The translations under genes and the position numbers were made by a program. Positions 17,926-28,125 of a DNA stretch of 64,000 nt are shown piece by piece (the first letter of the stretch is position 1; each line of letters opens with the position of its first letter). The stretch lies in NCBI GenBank assembly GCA_963664405.1, contig OY761158.1, positions 1,216,001-1,280,000 on the forward strand, written 5' to 3'. The notes beneath the pieces are model-generated. The model saw only the letters and a program-made list of their open reading frames with translations. It ran no database searches and was not told where the DNA came from. Source of the stretch: Thermoanaerobaculia bacterium. GTDB lineage: Bacteria; Acidobacteriota; Thermoanaerobaculia; Multivoradales; Multivoraceae.

Positions 17926-20508
17926 CTAGTCGCCGCTCTCCCCAACCCAAAAGGGGCTCGACCAGGCCATGCTTCCGTCGATCTGACGGACCCGCAGATA
18001 ATAATAATCGCCAGGCTGGGCTTCCCCCTGATCGGTAAAGCTGAAGTCCTGGTCCAGAGCCTGCCCGCTGGTCACGATCTGCGCCGAGAGCGCGTCGGTG
18101 TGCTTGAGCACCTGATACTCCTTGCGCTCGACCTGGCCCTTCAAATCTCCCAGCCGGAACTCCACCGTATTCGCCGGCAACTCCTGCCGCACTCGGGCAT
18201 AGCCGCCCGACCCCGAGGACTCCGTCGTTTTTTCCATATCGACGGTGATCACCGTATCCGGGCTCGCACCACTCAGCTCGAGCAGCAGCGATTTGCCTCG
18301 CCCGCGGGTCGGAAAGTCGAAATCGATTCGGTTGCGCCTCGCCGCATCGCCGGCAACGCGATAGGTCGCCGGTTGCGTGAACCACGGATCCCTGTACCCG
18401 GTCAGCCGCGCGCCCTTGACGTTTATCGATCCTTTCCAGGGACGCCCGCCGCGAGGAACCACCCGCTCGCCATGGACCTCCGTCGACGACTCGAAGGTGA
18501 TCTGCACCTGAGCCTCATTCGAGAGATCGCTCTCCAGATACCTCTTGGTGTACACGATAGTCCCGTTCTTGATCACATCGATCGCATCGATCGGTGCCGT
18601 GCCGTTCACCCGGCAGTCGATCCGCCGAACCGAGGAGTTCTCCTGACGCATGCCCATTCGCCCGCCGTTGAGCGTCACGTCGAGAAGGATCCGCTCGCCC
18701 GTCGTCGCATAGGTCGCACGGTTACGAAGCGCGCTGAAGATCTCGTCGGGACTGTTCTCTCCCGCCAAGGTCGCCGCCAGGCCACCCAGCTGTCGATTGC
18801 CGATGCCCGAGTATCCGGGGTGGCCGTTGTGGTTGTCGGATGCCCCGACGAAACCGACGTCGAACCCGTTCTGCAGGTACTTGTTGCCGAACCAATCGAA
18901 GGTGCCATGCCCCGACTGAATCTCGACCAGTCGCTCCATGTCGGGGTCGCTGTTCGTCCAGTCTCCGGCTTGATGAGCGTGAGGAATGATCAGCACATCG
19001 TCGGTGCCGTTCTGTCGGCGCAATCCCGCATAGAGCTCGTCGAGCAGGGGCGCCTCTTGATTCGGCATTCGGCGTCGCCCGGGCGTGTCACGGAAAAACA
19101 CGTTGTGGTGGCCACCATAAGGGAGCCGCGAGGTCCACTCGAAGCCGAGGATGGCGGTGAACTCACCCGGCACCCGGTATTTGTCGATCATCTCCTGCAG
19201 CGTTCGCCACTCACTGTCGTCCATCCAGATGTCGTGCTCAGACAGACTGAGAAAGTCGAGCCTGGCTACGTCGCGCCCGAATTTGTAATAGCCGTCCGGC
19301 GACCCCTGCCCCTCGGCGAACGCCGTGTGCCCGTGGGTCTCGCCCCAGTAAATACGATGCCCCGGATCGCTTTCCACCCGCACGGGATTGCTCGTCGCCT
19401 GCATCGAAGCGTCGGCGTTGCGAACCGTGAAGCGATAGATGCCCGGCTCGCTGAGACGCACATTCTCGAGCAGCGACATCGCCGGGCTTCCCGCCGCGAT
19501 CGTTCTGAACGGTTTCCCGTTAACCAGTACCTCGAGCGCGGGCGTAACCCCGGAAGAGAGGTTCTTGCTACGGTCCTCGGCTCGCACGGCTAGGGTGAAC
19601 GGTTCATCCGGTTCTACGATCGAAGGCGCCACCGCATTGACGTAGCGAACTTCGTTGCGACCGATCACTTCAAACGAAGGCCACCTCGGCCGCAGCAGAT
19701 CGCCCTTGCCCTCGATATCGGCGTAGAAGTGCAAGATCACCTGATCGTTCGACGCATCCTGGAGCCTGAGCCCGGGCCCACCGCCGGACCTCTCACCGTA
19801 GGTAATCGTGATCGTCTCGCCTTCCGCGAGCGCCGATCCACTCAGACGAAAGGGAAGGACGGCGCCGCGAAGCTGAAAGCTCAGCCACTCCGCCCAGGGC
19901 CTGCTCTGTGTAAAGGTCGCGTCCGGATTCGAGCTGCGAATGGTGACGTAGTTCTCCTGGGCCGGATCGTCGACCTGGATTCCCACACGTCGGCCCCCAC
20001 CCCGAAGAAGAATGCCGCCGCCCTCGGCCATACCCAAGCTTCCAACGGTGTAAATCTGCGTCACGGTGACGAGCTCGCCGGCATGAAAGGGTCCCGAGGG
20101 AGTGAGAGTCAGAGAGCCGACCGCGCCGGGGTGCTCGTCCTTGATCTGGAATTCGCGCGTATAGCGCCGGACAAACTCCGATACCGTCGCCACCGGCATC
20201 TGAGCCGCCCCACCCAGCCCTCGCAAGACCCGATTCGCGTTGGCCGTAAGCTGCGGAAAGCCATCGGGCACCGGTCCTCCCGTCAGCGAGTAGGCGTTGG
20301 CCCACTTCCACAGGGTGTCGAGCCGTTCGCTGAGGACCGCGGCATCGCTGCTGCTCTGGCGAGCTTCATCCTTCAACAATTCGACTCGCTGCCGTAGCTC
20401 GGCACTCAGGTAGTCGTCGCGGTCGCCTCGGTCTCCCCGCTGAGCGGTAAGCACGAAGAAGAGCGCGCATAGGGTTGCGAGGCCGATGGCTGTCCGGGGT
20501 CGATTCAT
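17926..20508 (-). CDS. Secreted DUF3604-type PHP/amidohydrolase-like metalloprotein
   Basis: YWGETHGHT, LSEHD, GFEWT, HHNV, GASDNHNGHPG, TYATTGERI and AWSSPFWV. Confidence 0.8.
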   Translation of the reverse strand: MNRPRTAIGLATLCALFFVLTAQRGDRGDRDDYLSAELRQRVELLKDEARQSSSDAAVLSERLDTLWKWANAYSLTGGPVPDGFPQLTANANRVLRGLGGAAQMPVATVSEFVRRYTREFQIKDEHPGAVGSLTLTPSGPFHAGELVTVTQIYTVGSLGMAEGGGILLRGGGRRVGIQVDDPAQENYVTIRSSNPDATFTQSRPWAEWLSFQLRGAVLPFRLSGSALAEGETITITYGERSGGGPGLRLQDASNDQVILHFYADIEGKGDLLRPRWPSFEVIGRNEVRYVNAVAPSIVEPDEPFTLAVRAEDRSKNLSSGVTPALEVLVNGKPFRTIAAGSPAMSLLENVRLSEPGIYRFTVRNADASMQATSNPVRVESDPGHRIYWGETHGHTAFAEGQGSPDGYYKFGRDVARLDFLSLSEHDIWMDDSEWRTLQEMIDKYRVPGEFTAILGFEWTSRLPYGGHHNVFFRDTPGRRRMPNQEAPLLDELYAGLRRQNGTDDVLIIPHAHQAGDWTNSDPDMERLVEIQSGHGTFDWFGNKYLQNGFDVGFVGASDNHNGHPGYSGIGNRQLGGLAATLAGENSPDEIFSALRNRATYATTGERILLDVTLNGGRMGMRQENSSVRRIDCRVNGTAPIDAIDVIKNGTIVYTKRYLESDLSNEAQVQITFESSTEVHGERVVPRGGRPWKGSINVKGARLTGYRDPWFTQPATYRVAGDAARRNRIDFDFPTRGRGKSLLLELSGASPDTVITVDMEKTTESSGSGGYARVRQELPANTVEFRLGDLKGQVERKEYQVLKHTDALSAQIVTSGQALDQDFSFTDQGEAQPGDYYYLRVRQIDGSMAWSSPFWVGESGD

Positions 20509-20593
20509 GAGTTAGAGCCCTCGAGTCCTTGAGCCAAAATTTGTCTGTCCTTCTGGGTCAGGAGACATATCTTACTCGCAGCCACGCAACCCG

Positions 20594-21211
20594 CTACCAC
20601 CCGAAGCTGTCATGCTCAGAGCCGAGGTACTCCACCTCTTCGGGCGTCGACTCTCTGCCGAGCGCGGCATTGCGGTGAGGAAATCGACCGAAGCGCTCGA
20701 CGAGGTCAAAGTGCTGTTTGGCATACCTCCACTGGGTCGATAGAACCTTCTCCAACGGAACGGGCGCCCGCAGAGGAAGCGCCGAGAACTCTTCGAGAGA
20801 GCGGCTCTGCATCGCCGGGTCCTCGGCGTGCTCGAGCGGAAGGAGAGCGAAAACTGCCTCCACGGGATGAAGCTTCGCGACGTGGCCTCTCTCGAGCGAG
20901 AGTAAGCAGACCTCGAGAGCGAGAGGATCCAGCTCGAAGGCCCGTGCGGTGCCGCGATAGAGATTCCGCGGAAACTGGTCGAGCACAATGGTCAGCGCCA
21001 GAGCCGAGCGTGGGCCGGCCTTCCAGCCGTCGAGCTCGCCTGCCGCCGCACACTCCAGGGTCGGCCCGAATCGGATCCGGACCTCGTCGTCGAAGTGGGG
21101 ATCTGAGCCGTACCAGACAGTGTCGCGCTGTCGCGCAGTCTCAGCGCTGATCAGGCTGTCGGCAAACCAAAAGCTCAGAATGTCGTCGCTGAGTTTGGAG
21201 GACCCGGTCAC
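20594..21211 (-). CDS. DUF924 family protein
   Basis: ILSFWF, LDQFPRNLYRG, LPLEHAE and RFGRFPHRNAALGRESTPEE. Confidence 0.9.
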   Translation of the reverse strand: MTGSSKLSDDILSFWFADSLISAETARQRDTVWYGSDPHFDDEVRIRFGPTLECAAAGELDGWKAGPRSALALTIVLDQFPRNLYRGTARAFELDPLALEVCLLSLERGHVAKLHPVEAVFALLPLEHAEDPAMQSRSLEEFSALPLRAPVPLEKVLSTQWRYAKQHFDLVERFGRFPHRNAALGRESTPEEVEYLGSEHDSFGW

Positions 21212-21226
21212 GAGGAACTCTCGGCC

Positions 21227-22264
21227 TTATCTGTGTGCAGGTAAAGGCACGCCTCTGCCAAGATCCCTGGTTCGCTGTCTGGTCCTCGAAACGAAGGGGT
21301 TGTCCTCCAGGTGCTCGTCGATGGGATTGATCGCTCGCCCCAGAAAGCGCATCGCGTCTCGAGTCCTAAGCGCCATGAATTGATTCCCGATGTGATTGGC
21401 ACCGCGAACCAGCCGATACTCGTGCATGATGCCCTCGTCGAAGAGAATCCGGTGGAGAAACTCCGCGCCGCGATAGAGAAGGAGCACGTCCTCGTCGCCG
21501 ACCTCGAGGTAGATACTCATGCCCGCCTCGCGGATCCTCGCCGGGGCCTTGGCAACGATTGTGATCGGGTGGTTGGCGTTCCAATAATCGGCGTCGACGG
21601 GAGATCCGAAGATGGCGGGGTACACGTCCTCTCTGTAATGGGTGTCGAGAGACAGCGTGTCCTCCCAGCTTGCGACGGCCTCGATGGCCGGTTCGAGGGC
21701 AGCAACACCGGCGAATTTCTCAGGATACTTGAACGCCATCCTCAGCGAGCCCATGCCGCCCATCGAAGTGCCCATGAGGTACACCTGGTCCGGATCGACC
21801 TCGTAGCTCCGCAGCAAATGAGGTAGATACTCCTTGATGATCATCGACTCCCAGTTCTGGGAGCCGTCGCGATAGTCCATGTAAAACGATCGGCCCGCGG
21901 TTGGCGTGCTCCAGATGGCGGGTGCCAACTCGCCGGCATTGGTCACTTCGTCGATCGCAGCCGTCATGCCCTCGAGCTGCCTGGCGGAGCCGCCCCCGCC
22001 GTGCAGGTACAGGATCAGTGGGCTCGCCTCGCCCTTGCGGAGGCCCGGTGCGAGATAGACGCCGTACTCGAGCTCCGAGGGACTTTGCGCAGGGTCGGCC
22101 GCCTGCATGATATCTAGGCTGAAAGTTCCCGGCGTGGAGGAGGGATTTCCAGTCGGGGCCGCGAGCTCGACGCCGGCACTCGCGAGGGCAGAGATCGCCA
22201 GAGAACCGAGCAGAGTGACGACCGGCATTGCCAGCCGTCGATCGCGAACAGAGATTGCAGTCAT
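21227..22264 (-). CDS. Secreted alpha/beta-hydrolase (putative esterase)
   Basis: YLHGGGG and GTSMGG nucleophile elbow; signal peptide. Confidence 0.85.
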   Translation of the reverse strand: MTAISVRDRRLAMPVVTLLGSLAISALASAGVELAAPTGNPSSTPGTFSLDIMQAADPAQSPSELEYGVYLAPGLRKGEASPLILYLHGGGGSARQLEGMTAAIDEVTNAGELAPAIWSTPTAGRSFYMDYRDGSQNWESMIIKEYLPHLLRSYEVDPDQVYLMGTSMGGMGSLRMAFKYPEKFAGVAALEPAIEAVASWEDTLSLDTHYREDVYPAIFGSPVDADYWNANHPITIVAKAPARIREAGMSIYLEVGDEDVLLLYRGAEFLHRILFDEGIMHEYRLVRGANHIGNQFMALRTRDAMRFLGRAINPIDEHLEDNPFVSRTRQRTRDLGRGVPLPAHR

Positions 22265-22321
22265 GTTTTGAGCCCCTATCTGATGTCGTAAGAGTGAAGC
22301 CCGGATTATGACCGAATCACA

Positions 22322-23703
22322 TCAGCCAGGGCGGCGACCCCCGCCTCCTGGACCTCTTTGAAACTCGCTCTCGGAGACAAATCCATCGGAGTCGGCATCC
22401 AGACGGTCGAACCTATCCCGCATCGGCCTGGGCGCCTCGTCCAAACTGATGCGTCCGTCACCATCGGCGTCCAAGCTGCTGAAGTCCGGCCGGCCCCGAC
22501 CCCCTGGGCCTGCGCGCCCTCGGGCCCCGCCACCTCGGCCGCCGCCGGGTCCGCCCGGTCTCCCGCCCGGCCTTCCCCGGGGCTGTGGCCCGTCGGCGGT
22601 GGTTTGGATGCTCCAATCGTGACTCTGGTCGCGGGCGAGCTTTATCCGGTAGCTCTGGTTGACCGGCACGCAGAAGGTCAAGGCATCGTCACAGGCGTAG
22701 TAGAAGACATCCAGGTCAAGAGGCTCATCCACACTCTCGGCGGTCACATCGATCAAGAACTCGCGGGGGTCTGCGTCCGCCTCGGCCTCAACCTCGGGGC
22801 CAACTCCGCTCGCGGGCGTGACCGTGACTCCAGCTGGTGCGGTGAGCTCGAACTTGACCGGGCCGGCCTCGTTATTCCAATGCACGCGGTAGAGGGGATC
22901 GAGATGGAACGCCAGGTACATCTGGCCATTGCCGTCGGCAAGGATTCCAGGGTCGCCTTCCGCGCGGATCTTGGCGTAGAACGGAACCTTGCTTTCTTCC
23001 ACCAACGCCTCGACCTCGATCGGCCACATGACCTCGGGTTTCTCGATCCGAGCAACGATGTCCTTCGCCACTGTAGGGGCCGGCGGCTGCGCCGGCAGAT
23101 CCAGGTCTTCAACCCGGGTGGGCTGCTCGACCGCGCCCACCAGCCGCTCCATGTCAGCTCGTAGCTCCGCCGGGTTGCTCCAAGCGCGTCGGGCGACGAT
23201 GACGCCTTCGGGTCAATCACCAGCTCGCTATTCGGCGTCTGACCCATGGCCTTGTGCCACACGTTGTCCATGGTATCGGCGAGCCAATTCACCGATGTGC
23301 CGGTCACGCGCTTGGCTTCCGCCACGTGCATCAAGCGTTCCTCGATGGTGACCGGGCTGACGTAGTTGTTGTACTCGGGGTGCGCGAGGGGCTTGTAGAC
23401 GTAGTAGAAAACGACGCCCTTGGGAGCGTAATCTCTTTCGATCGTCTCCCAACTGGGGACGTTACGCAGAAAGGGCGGTCACGTAAGGCAGCCGAGGGTC
23501 ATCACCGTGTAATGACCCCGGGTGAGATCCCTCACTTTAGCCGGCTTACCCTGATCATCGACGAGAGTAAGGTCCGGGACACTCTCGCCGATTTCTGGCG
23601 CCACATCGAATCGGCCGTCCGCTCGCCTCTCTTGGGCGACGGCGATACTGGCTTGAATCATCGCGCCACTGATGAGCAACAGGGTTGCAAAGCGATGGCT
23701 CAT
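22322..23703 (-). CDS. Putative secreted selenoprotein: iodothyronine deiodinase-like domain (CLTUPPF) + DsbD-N-like domain + EF-hand pair; one apparent 1-nt frameshift near 23210
   Basis: ATG 23703 has an AGGAG RBS and a signal peptide. In-frame TGA 23479-23481 sits in GCLT*PPFLRN. Downstream YVYKPLAHP, TIEERL and LADTMDN match the deiodinase pattern. The C-terminal part has YYACDDALTFC and DADGDGRISLDE / DADSDGFVSESE. Confidence 0.8.
23443..23461 (-). promoter_or_regulatory. Candidate bacterial SECIS hairpin
   Basis: CGTC-CCC-AGTT-GGG-A-GACG; the loop begins 24 nt after the UGA and has GU at positions 2-3. Confidence 0.6.
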
Positions 23704-23876
23704 GTCGGACTCCTATGCCCAGGCTTTCGTCGAGAAGGACTTGCGTTTGGCCCCATCCTACCGCACAGCAGGTCGGCCTCGGGACTCGCCGACGCCAAAC
23801 CCCGCCCTTCGTCAGGGAGTTGAAGAGTACCGGCGATGGACGCTCCGGCTCGGTGGCCCGGACCAAGCCGTCCGCC

Positions 23877-24989
23877 TCAAGCTGTGCGCGTTGACAGTCG
23901 CGGAGTGATGATGCCGAGCTCGATCGAGGTCTCGACCAGGTCGCGGATGGTGTCCTCGAGCGGGCGGATCGTCGCGCCGAGCACAGACTTCGCCTTCTTC
24001 GAGTCGTTGAGCACGTTCGACTCCACGGTTATCGGCTCGCCGCGGCTGGTCACCGTCGCCGGCTCTCCCAGCACGAACGACGGGAAGTTCTCGCTGATGA
24101 TCTCGGCAATGCCGGTTCCCAGGCGAAGCGCCGACCGGCCGCCGCTGCCGTGCATCATGTAGCGGTTGCCGCCCGCCGTGGCCTTGTGGTCCACCGGCGA
24201 CTCTGCGGCGAGACGGTGGGCCTTGACCAAGTCACGAACGTCGATGATGTTGTAAAACATGTCGTACTTGGACGGCCAGTTCGGCTCCAGGCCTCCCGCC
24301 AAACGACCGATCTGCTCGATCCACTGACCAACCTGCGCCTTGAACAGTATGGGACCGCAGATCATCGCCGGGTTCATCGTGATCACGTCCCACATGCCGC
24401 CGGAGTCGTCAGCCGCGGCGTTGATCAACCGTTCGGTGTCCACCTTGCTTCTCGCGTACGCGTTTGCCGGTCTCCGCCACTCGTCGGGGTCCACCTCGTC
24501 GGACGCCCAGTCGAGCTCGGTCCACTCGTAACCTTTAGGAAGCGTGGCGCGTTTTGCACCGCTGACCGCGGCCATCGAGCTAGTGTAGATCATGCGCTTG
24601 ACAGTGCCGCTCGCATTGACGGAACTGATCACGTTCTGCGTTCCGACCGTGCCGCCGTCGTAGACGTCCTGCGCCGTTTCGCCACTGGCGAGGGGCTGCG
24701 CCTCGGCCGAGTTTCCCAGTACCGCGGCGACGTGGAATACACAGCTGGCGCCCCCGAAGGCGTCGTCGTACGAACCTGGAGTGAATAGATCGCAACCGTC
24801 GACGATCTCGACATTGGGCAAACGGTCCAGATAGCTCACGCAATCCTGACCCCGCCACGAGCTGGCGTCACGGATACAGGCACGAACCTCATACCCGTGG
24901 AGAGCCAATTCACGGACCATGTGCCCGCCGGTGTTGCCGGAACATCCCGTTACAACGACGGGACCCTCTCGAGGGGTGATTGCTGACAT
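23877..24989 (-). CDS. NAD-dependent epimerase/dehydratase family reductase (dihydroflavonol reductase-like)
   Basis: VTGCSGNTG, VFHVA, YTSSMAA and YARSK. Confidence 0.85.
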   Translation of the reverse strand: MSAITPREGPVVVTGCSGNTGGHMVRELALHGYEVRACIRDASSWRGQDCVSYLDRLPNVEIVDGCDLFTPGSYDDAFGGASCVFHVAAVLGNSAEAQPLASGETAQDVYDGGTVGTQNVISSVNASGTVKRMIYTSSMAAVSGAKRATLPKGYEWTELDWASDEVDPDEWRRPANAYARSKVDTERLINAAADDSGGMWDVITMNPAMICGPILFKAQVGQWIEQIGRLAGGLEPNWPSKYDMFYNIIDVRDLVKAHRLAAESPVDHKATAGGNRYMMHGSGGRSALRLGTGIAEIISENFPSFVLGEPATVTSRGEPITVESNVLNDSKKAKSVLGATIRPLEDTIRDLVETSIELGIITPRLSTRTA

Positions 24990-25105
24990 TGGATCGGCTC
25001 CTAAGTGTTGTGGTTTGTGCACTCTGCCACTAGGAGCGGGCCATCCTACTCGCTAGGGCCGGCCCGAGAAGATCAGGGCGGCATGCCACCGATCTCTCGA
25101 CCCGC

Positions 25106-25906
25106 TCAGTGCTCCTGAAAGACGGGCTCGCGCTTGTTCAGAAAGGCCGCTATCGCCTCCCGGGCGTCGTCCGCTCCGAAATTCACCGTCTGCGCCATCG
25201 CCTCGGCGTCGAGGGCCTCGTTCAGGCTGTACGAGAGAGCGTCGGTGAGCATGCGCTTGGTCATCTTCAGAGCAAGCGGCGCACCCTGAGCCAGGCGCAC
25301 AGCCCACTCGTCGACAAAAGCATCGAGATCTTCGGTTGGAACCACGCGGTTGACGATGCCGATCCGTTCCGCCTCTTGGGCCGAGATCACTTCGGCGAGC
25401 AAGGCAAGCTCTTTCGCTTTGTGCATGCCGACCAGCCGCGGCAGCAGCCACGATCCTCCGCAGTCGAGGCTGAGACCGCGCTGCGCGAAAATCTCGGAGA
25501 AGCGGGCACGCTCGGAGGCAACGATCAGGTCGCAGCCGAGCGCCAGGTTGCAGCCGCCGCCGACCGCGACACCGTCGACCTTGGCAATCACCGGGGCGCT
25601 GATCTGGTGTAAGGCCAGAATGACTTTCGAAACGTCATGCATCTTGTCGAGCTGATGACGCGGCGGTGGAGGCTCGGCGCCGGCGGCCTCTCGGTCCGCG
25701 CCTTCGGAGAGGTCAGCGCCGGAACAGAAGTCGCCGCATGACCCGGTGATCACGAGCACTCTTTCGTTGTCGCGCTGGCCGAAGGTGGAAAAGACCTCGA
25801 GCAGCTCTTTCCACATCGTGCTGTTGAGCGCGTTCTTCTTGTGGGGGCGGTCGAGAGTGAGGGTGACTACCCCGGTGTCGGCGTGATCGAGTTTCAACGT
25901 TTCCAT
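25106..25906 (-). CDS. Enoyl-CoA hydratase/isomerase
   Basis: FCSGADL, VGGGCNLALGCD, GLSLDCGGSWLLPRLVG and AFLNKREP. Confidence 0.9.
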   Translation of the reverse strand: METLKLDHADTGVVTLTLDRPHKKNALNSTMWKELLEVFSTFGQRDNERVLVITGSCGDFCSGADLSEGADREAAGAEPPPPRHQLDKMHDVSKVILALHQISAPVIAKVDGVAVGGGCNLALGCDLIVASERARFSEIFAQRGLSLDCGGSWLLPRLVGMHKAKELALLAEVISAQEAERIGIVNRVVPTEDLDAFVDEWAVRLAQGAPLALKMTKRMLTDALSYSLNEALDAEAMAQTVNFGADDAREAIAAFLNKREPVFQEH

Positions 25907-26009
25907 AATGGGGACATCCTACCCTCGCCCCACCGCGATAGGATCGGCGGCGCTCTGAAAGCACTCGTCTCTCCGTCGCAAAAGGATAGAAGCCACAAGG
26001 AGTCTGAGG

Positions 26010-27155
26010 ATGAAGTCCAGAATCTGCAAGATGCTCGGGATCGAGTTCCCTCTTATCGCTTTCACCCACTGTCGCGACGTCGTCGTCGAAGTCACCAAGG
26101 CGGGAGGCATGGGTGTCATGGGAATCGCCGGTATGCCGGCCGAACAGCTAGAGATCGAGCTGTCCTGGATCGACGACAATATCGACGGTCTTCCCTACGG
26201 CGTCGATGTCCTGATCCCCAACGCCATGGTCACCCGCGACTCACAGCCAACGCCGGAGCAGGTGCTGGCGATGGTGCCTCAAGAGCATAAGCAATTCGCT
26301 TCGCAGATCCTCGAGGATCACGGCATCGACACCAGCGACATCAACGATGAAAGGCGGCTCCAGAGTACGGGCTTCGGCGACAACCTGCGGCCCGAGGGAG
26401 CGAAGAAGGTCGTCAATGTGGCGTTCTCGCACCCGATTCGGCTGATCGCCAACGCTCTTGGTGTGCCCCCCGATTGGCTGCTCCAAATGGGCAAAGAGCG
26501 AGGCGTCCCGGTTGCCGCTCTGGTCGGTGCCAAGCAGCACGCCATCAACCAGGTCAAGGCCGGGGTCGACATCCTGGTGGTCTCCGGCACCGAAGGCGGC
26601 GGCCACTGCGGCAGTGTCTCGTCGATGGTGCTGATTCCCGAGATCTACGAAGCCATCCAGGAGTACGGCGATGTGCCGATCCTGGCCGCCGGCGGCATCA
26701 TGACCGGAAAGCAGATGGCGGCGGCGATGGCAATGGGCGCCGACGGGGCGTGGACAGGGTCGATCTGGCTCACCACCACCGAGGCAGAGACCTCGGAGGT
26801 GATGAAGCGGAAATTCATCGAGGCGAGCTCGAGCCAGACGGTGCGCTCTCGGAGCCGCACCGGCAAGCACGCCCGTCAGCTCTCCTCTGCCTGGACCGAG
26901 GCATGGGAGTCGGAGGGAAGCCCGGAGCCCTTGCCGATGCCCCTCCAGACCATCGTCAGCGAGCCGGCGCTCGCCAAGGTGCGCAAGCTCGGCGAGATCG
27001 GTCACGAAGGAGCGATCGAGGTCGAGACCTACTTTGTCGGGCAGGGCGTCGGCCTGGTCGACAAGATCCAGTCGACGCGCAACGTCGTCTATGGATTCCA
27101 GCAAGACTTCGTCAAAGCCTACGGTCGCCTGTCCGACTTTCTCGAAGATTCTTGA
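26010..27155 (+). CDS. Nitronate monooxygenase family flavoprotein
   Basis: AGGMGVMG, GTEGGGH, LAAGGIMTG and GADGAWTGS. Confidence 0.9.
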   Translation: MKSRICKMLGIEFPLIAFTHCRDVVVEVTKAGGMGVMGIAGMPAEQLEIELSWIDDNIDGLPYGVDVLIPNAMVTRDSQPTPEQVLAMVPQEHKQFASQILEDHGIDTSDINDERRLQSTGFGDNLRPEGAKKVVNVAFSHPIRLIANALGVPPDWLLQMGKERGVPVAALVGAKQHAINQVKAGVDILVVSGTEGGGHCGSVSSMVLIPEIYEAIQEYGDVPILAAGGIMTGKQMAAAMAMGADGAWTGSIWLTTTEAETSEVMKRKFIEASSSQTVRSRSRTGKHARQLSSAWTEAWESEGSPEPLPMPLQTIVSEPALAKVRKLGEIGHEGAIEVETYFVGQGVGLVDKIQSTRNVVYGFQQDFVKAYGRLSDFLEDS

Positions 27156-27178
27156 GGAAGACACTAAGGAGAGCCACG

Positions 27179-28117
27179 ATGAGCGAAGCCTTCGACACCC
27201 CGTTCTATCTCTGCGGGCCTCTTCGGTCGCCGAAACAGATGCTCGCCGACCAGGAATATGGTGGCCACGAATCGATACACGACGACAAGATGGCCGAGAA
27301 TCTAGGGTTCCGCGGTGCTCCGATCGAAGGGCCCACCCACTTCAGCCAATTCGTACCGCTGTTGGCCGATCTGTGGGGGAACGAGTGGTTCGAGACCGGC
27401 TGTCTGAGCGCGCACTATCGCAACGCCGTGGTCGAGGGTGAAGAAGTTCGCGCCTTCGTCGAGCGGCCGGGGGACGGTCAGACCCTGGTGCAGATTCGAG
27501 CGGAGAAGGGCGACGGCACGGAGGTCCTCATCGGCACCGCCTCAGTCGGTAGCGATGCACCCGAATCCGAGCTCGAGCGTCGGCTCGCCAAGCTTCGTCC
27601 GCCTGAGCAGCTGGTCATCCTGCGCGACCTGGAGGTCGGCATGCGCGGCGCGGAGATCGAGGAGGTGCGGATGGATTTCGACCAGCATATGGGGAACATG
27701 TATCCATTCACGCTCAACCGGAAGCTCGAAGTCATCACCGAGTCGACGCCCTGGTACACCAAAGAGGGTGGGGCGGGCTCCCCCTGGGGCCGCGCGATCA
27801 TGCCGCTCGAGATGGTCAGCGTGCTTGCTGGGTACAGCACAGGCAAGGCTGGTTTCAAGACCCGTGGCCCAGCCGTCGGTCTCTTTGCCGGTCAACAGAT
27901 TCGCATGATCAAGGGGCCGCTCTTCGTCGGCGAGGACTACCTCATCGATCGCGAGATCATCGCCCTCAGTGAGAGTCGACGTACCGAGTCCAACTGGGTC
28001 AAGACCTCGATCCGCCAGCCCGGCTCGAACGCACTCCTGGCCGAGATGATCCTCAACGGCGCCACGCTCAAGGAGTCGTACGCCAACTACGCGAAGGAGC
28101 TGGCTGAGCTGGCCTGA
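27179..28117 (+). CDS. Double hot-dog (MaoC-like) fold protein
   Basis: ATG 27179 after AAGGAG; SIHDDKMAENLGFRGAPIEGPTHFSQF; second repeat SPWGRAIMP...GPLFVG. Confidence 0.7.
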   Translation: MSEAFDTPFYLCGPLRSPKQMLADQEYGGHESIHDDKMAENLGFRGAPIEGPTHFSQFVPLLADLWGNEWFETGCLSAHYRNAVVEGEEVRAFVERPGDGQTLVQIRAEKGDGTEVLIGTASVGSDAPESELERRLAKLRPPEQLVILRDLEVGMRGAEIEEVRMDFDQHMGNMYPFTLNRKLEVITESTPWYTKEGGAGSPWGRAIMPLEMVSVLAGYSTGKAGFKTRGPAVGLFAGQQIRMIKGPLFVGEDYLIDREIIALSESRRTESNWVKTSIRQPGSNALLAEMILNGATLKESYANYAKELAELA

Positions 28118-28125
28118 ACTTCCAG

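Noticed and set aside
17779-19593. Long antisense or alternate-frame ORFs (also 1710-2837, 3425-4819, 41006-42238, 53643-55664 and 62588-63598)
   Set aside because: These are shadow ORFs opposite well-supported genes in GC-rich DNA, with no recognisable motifs.
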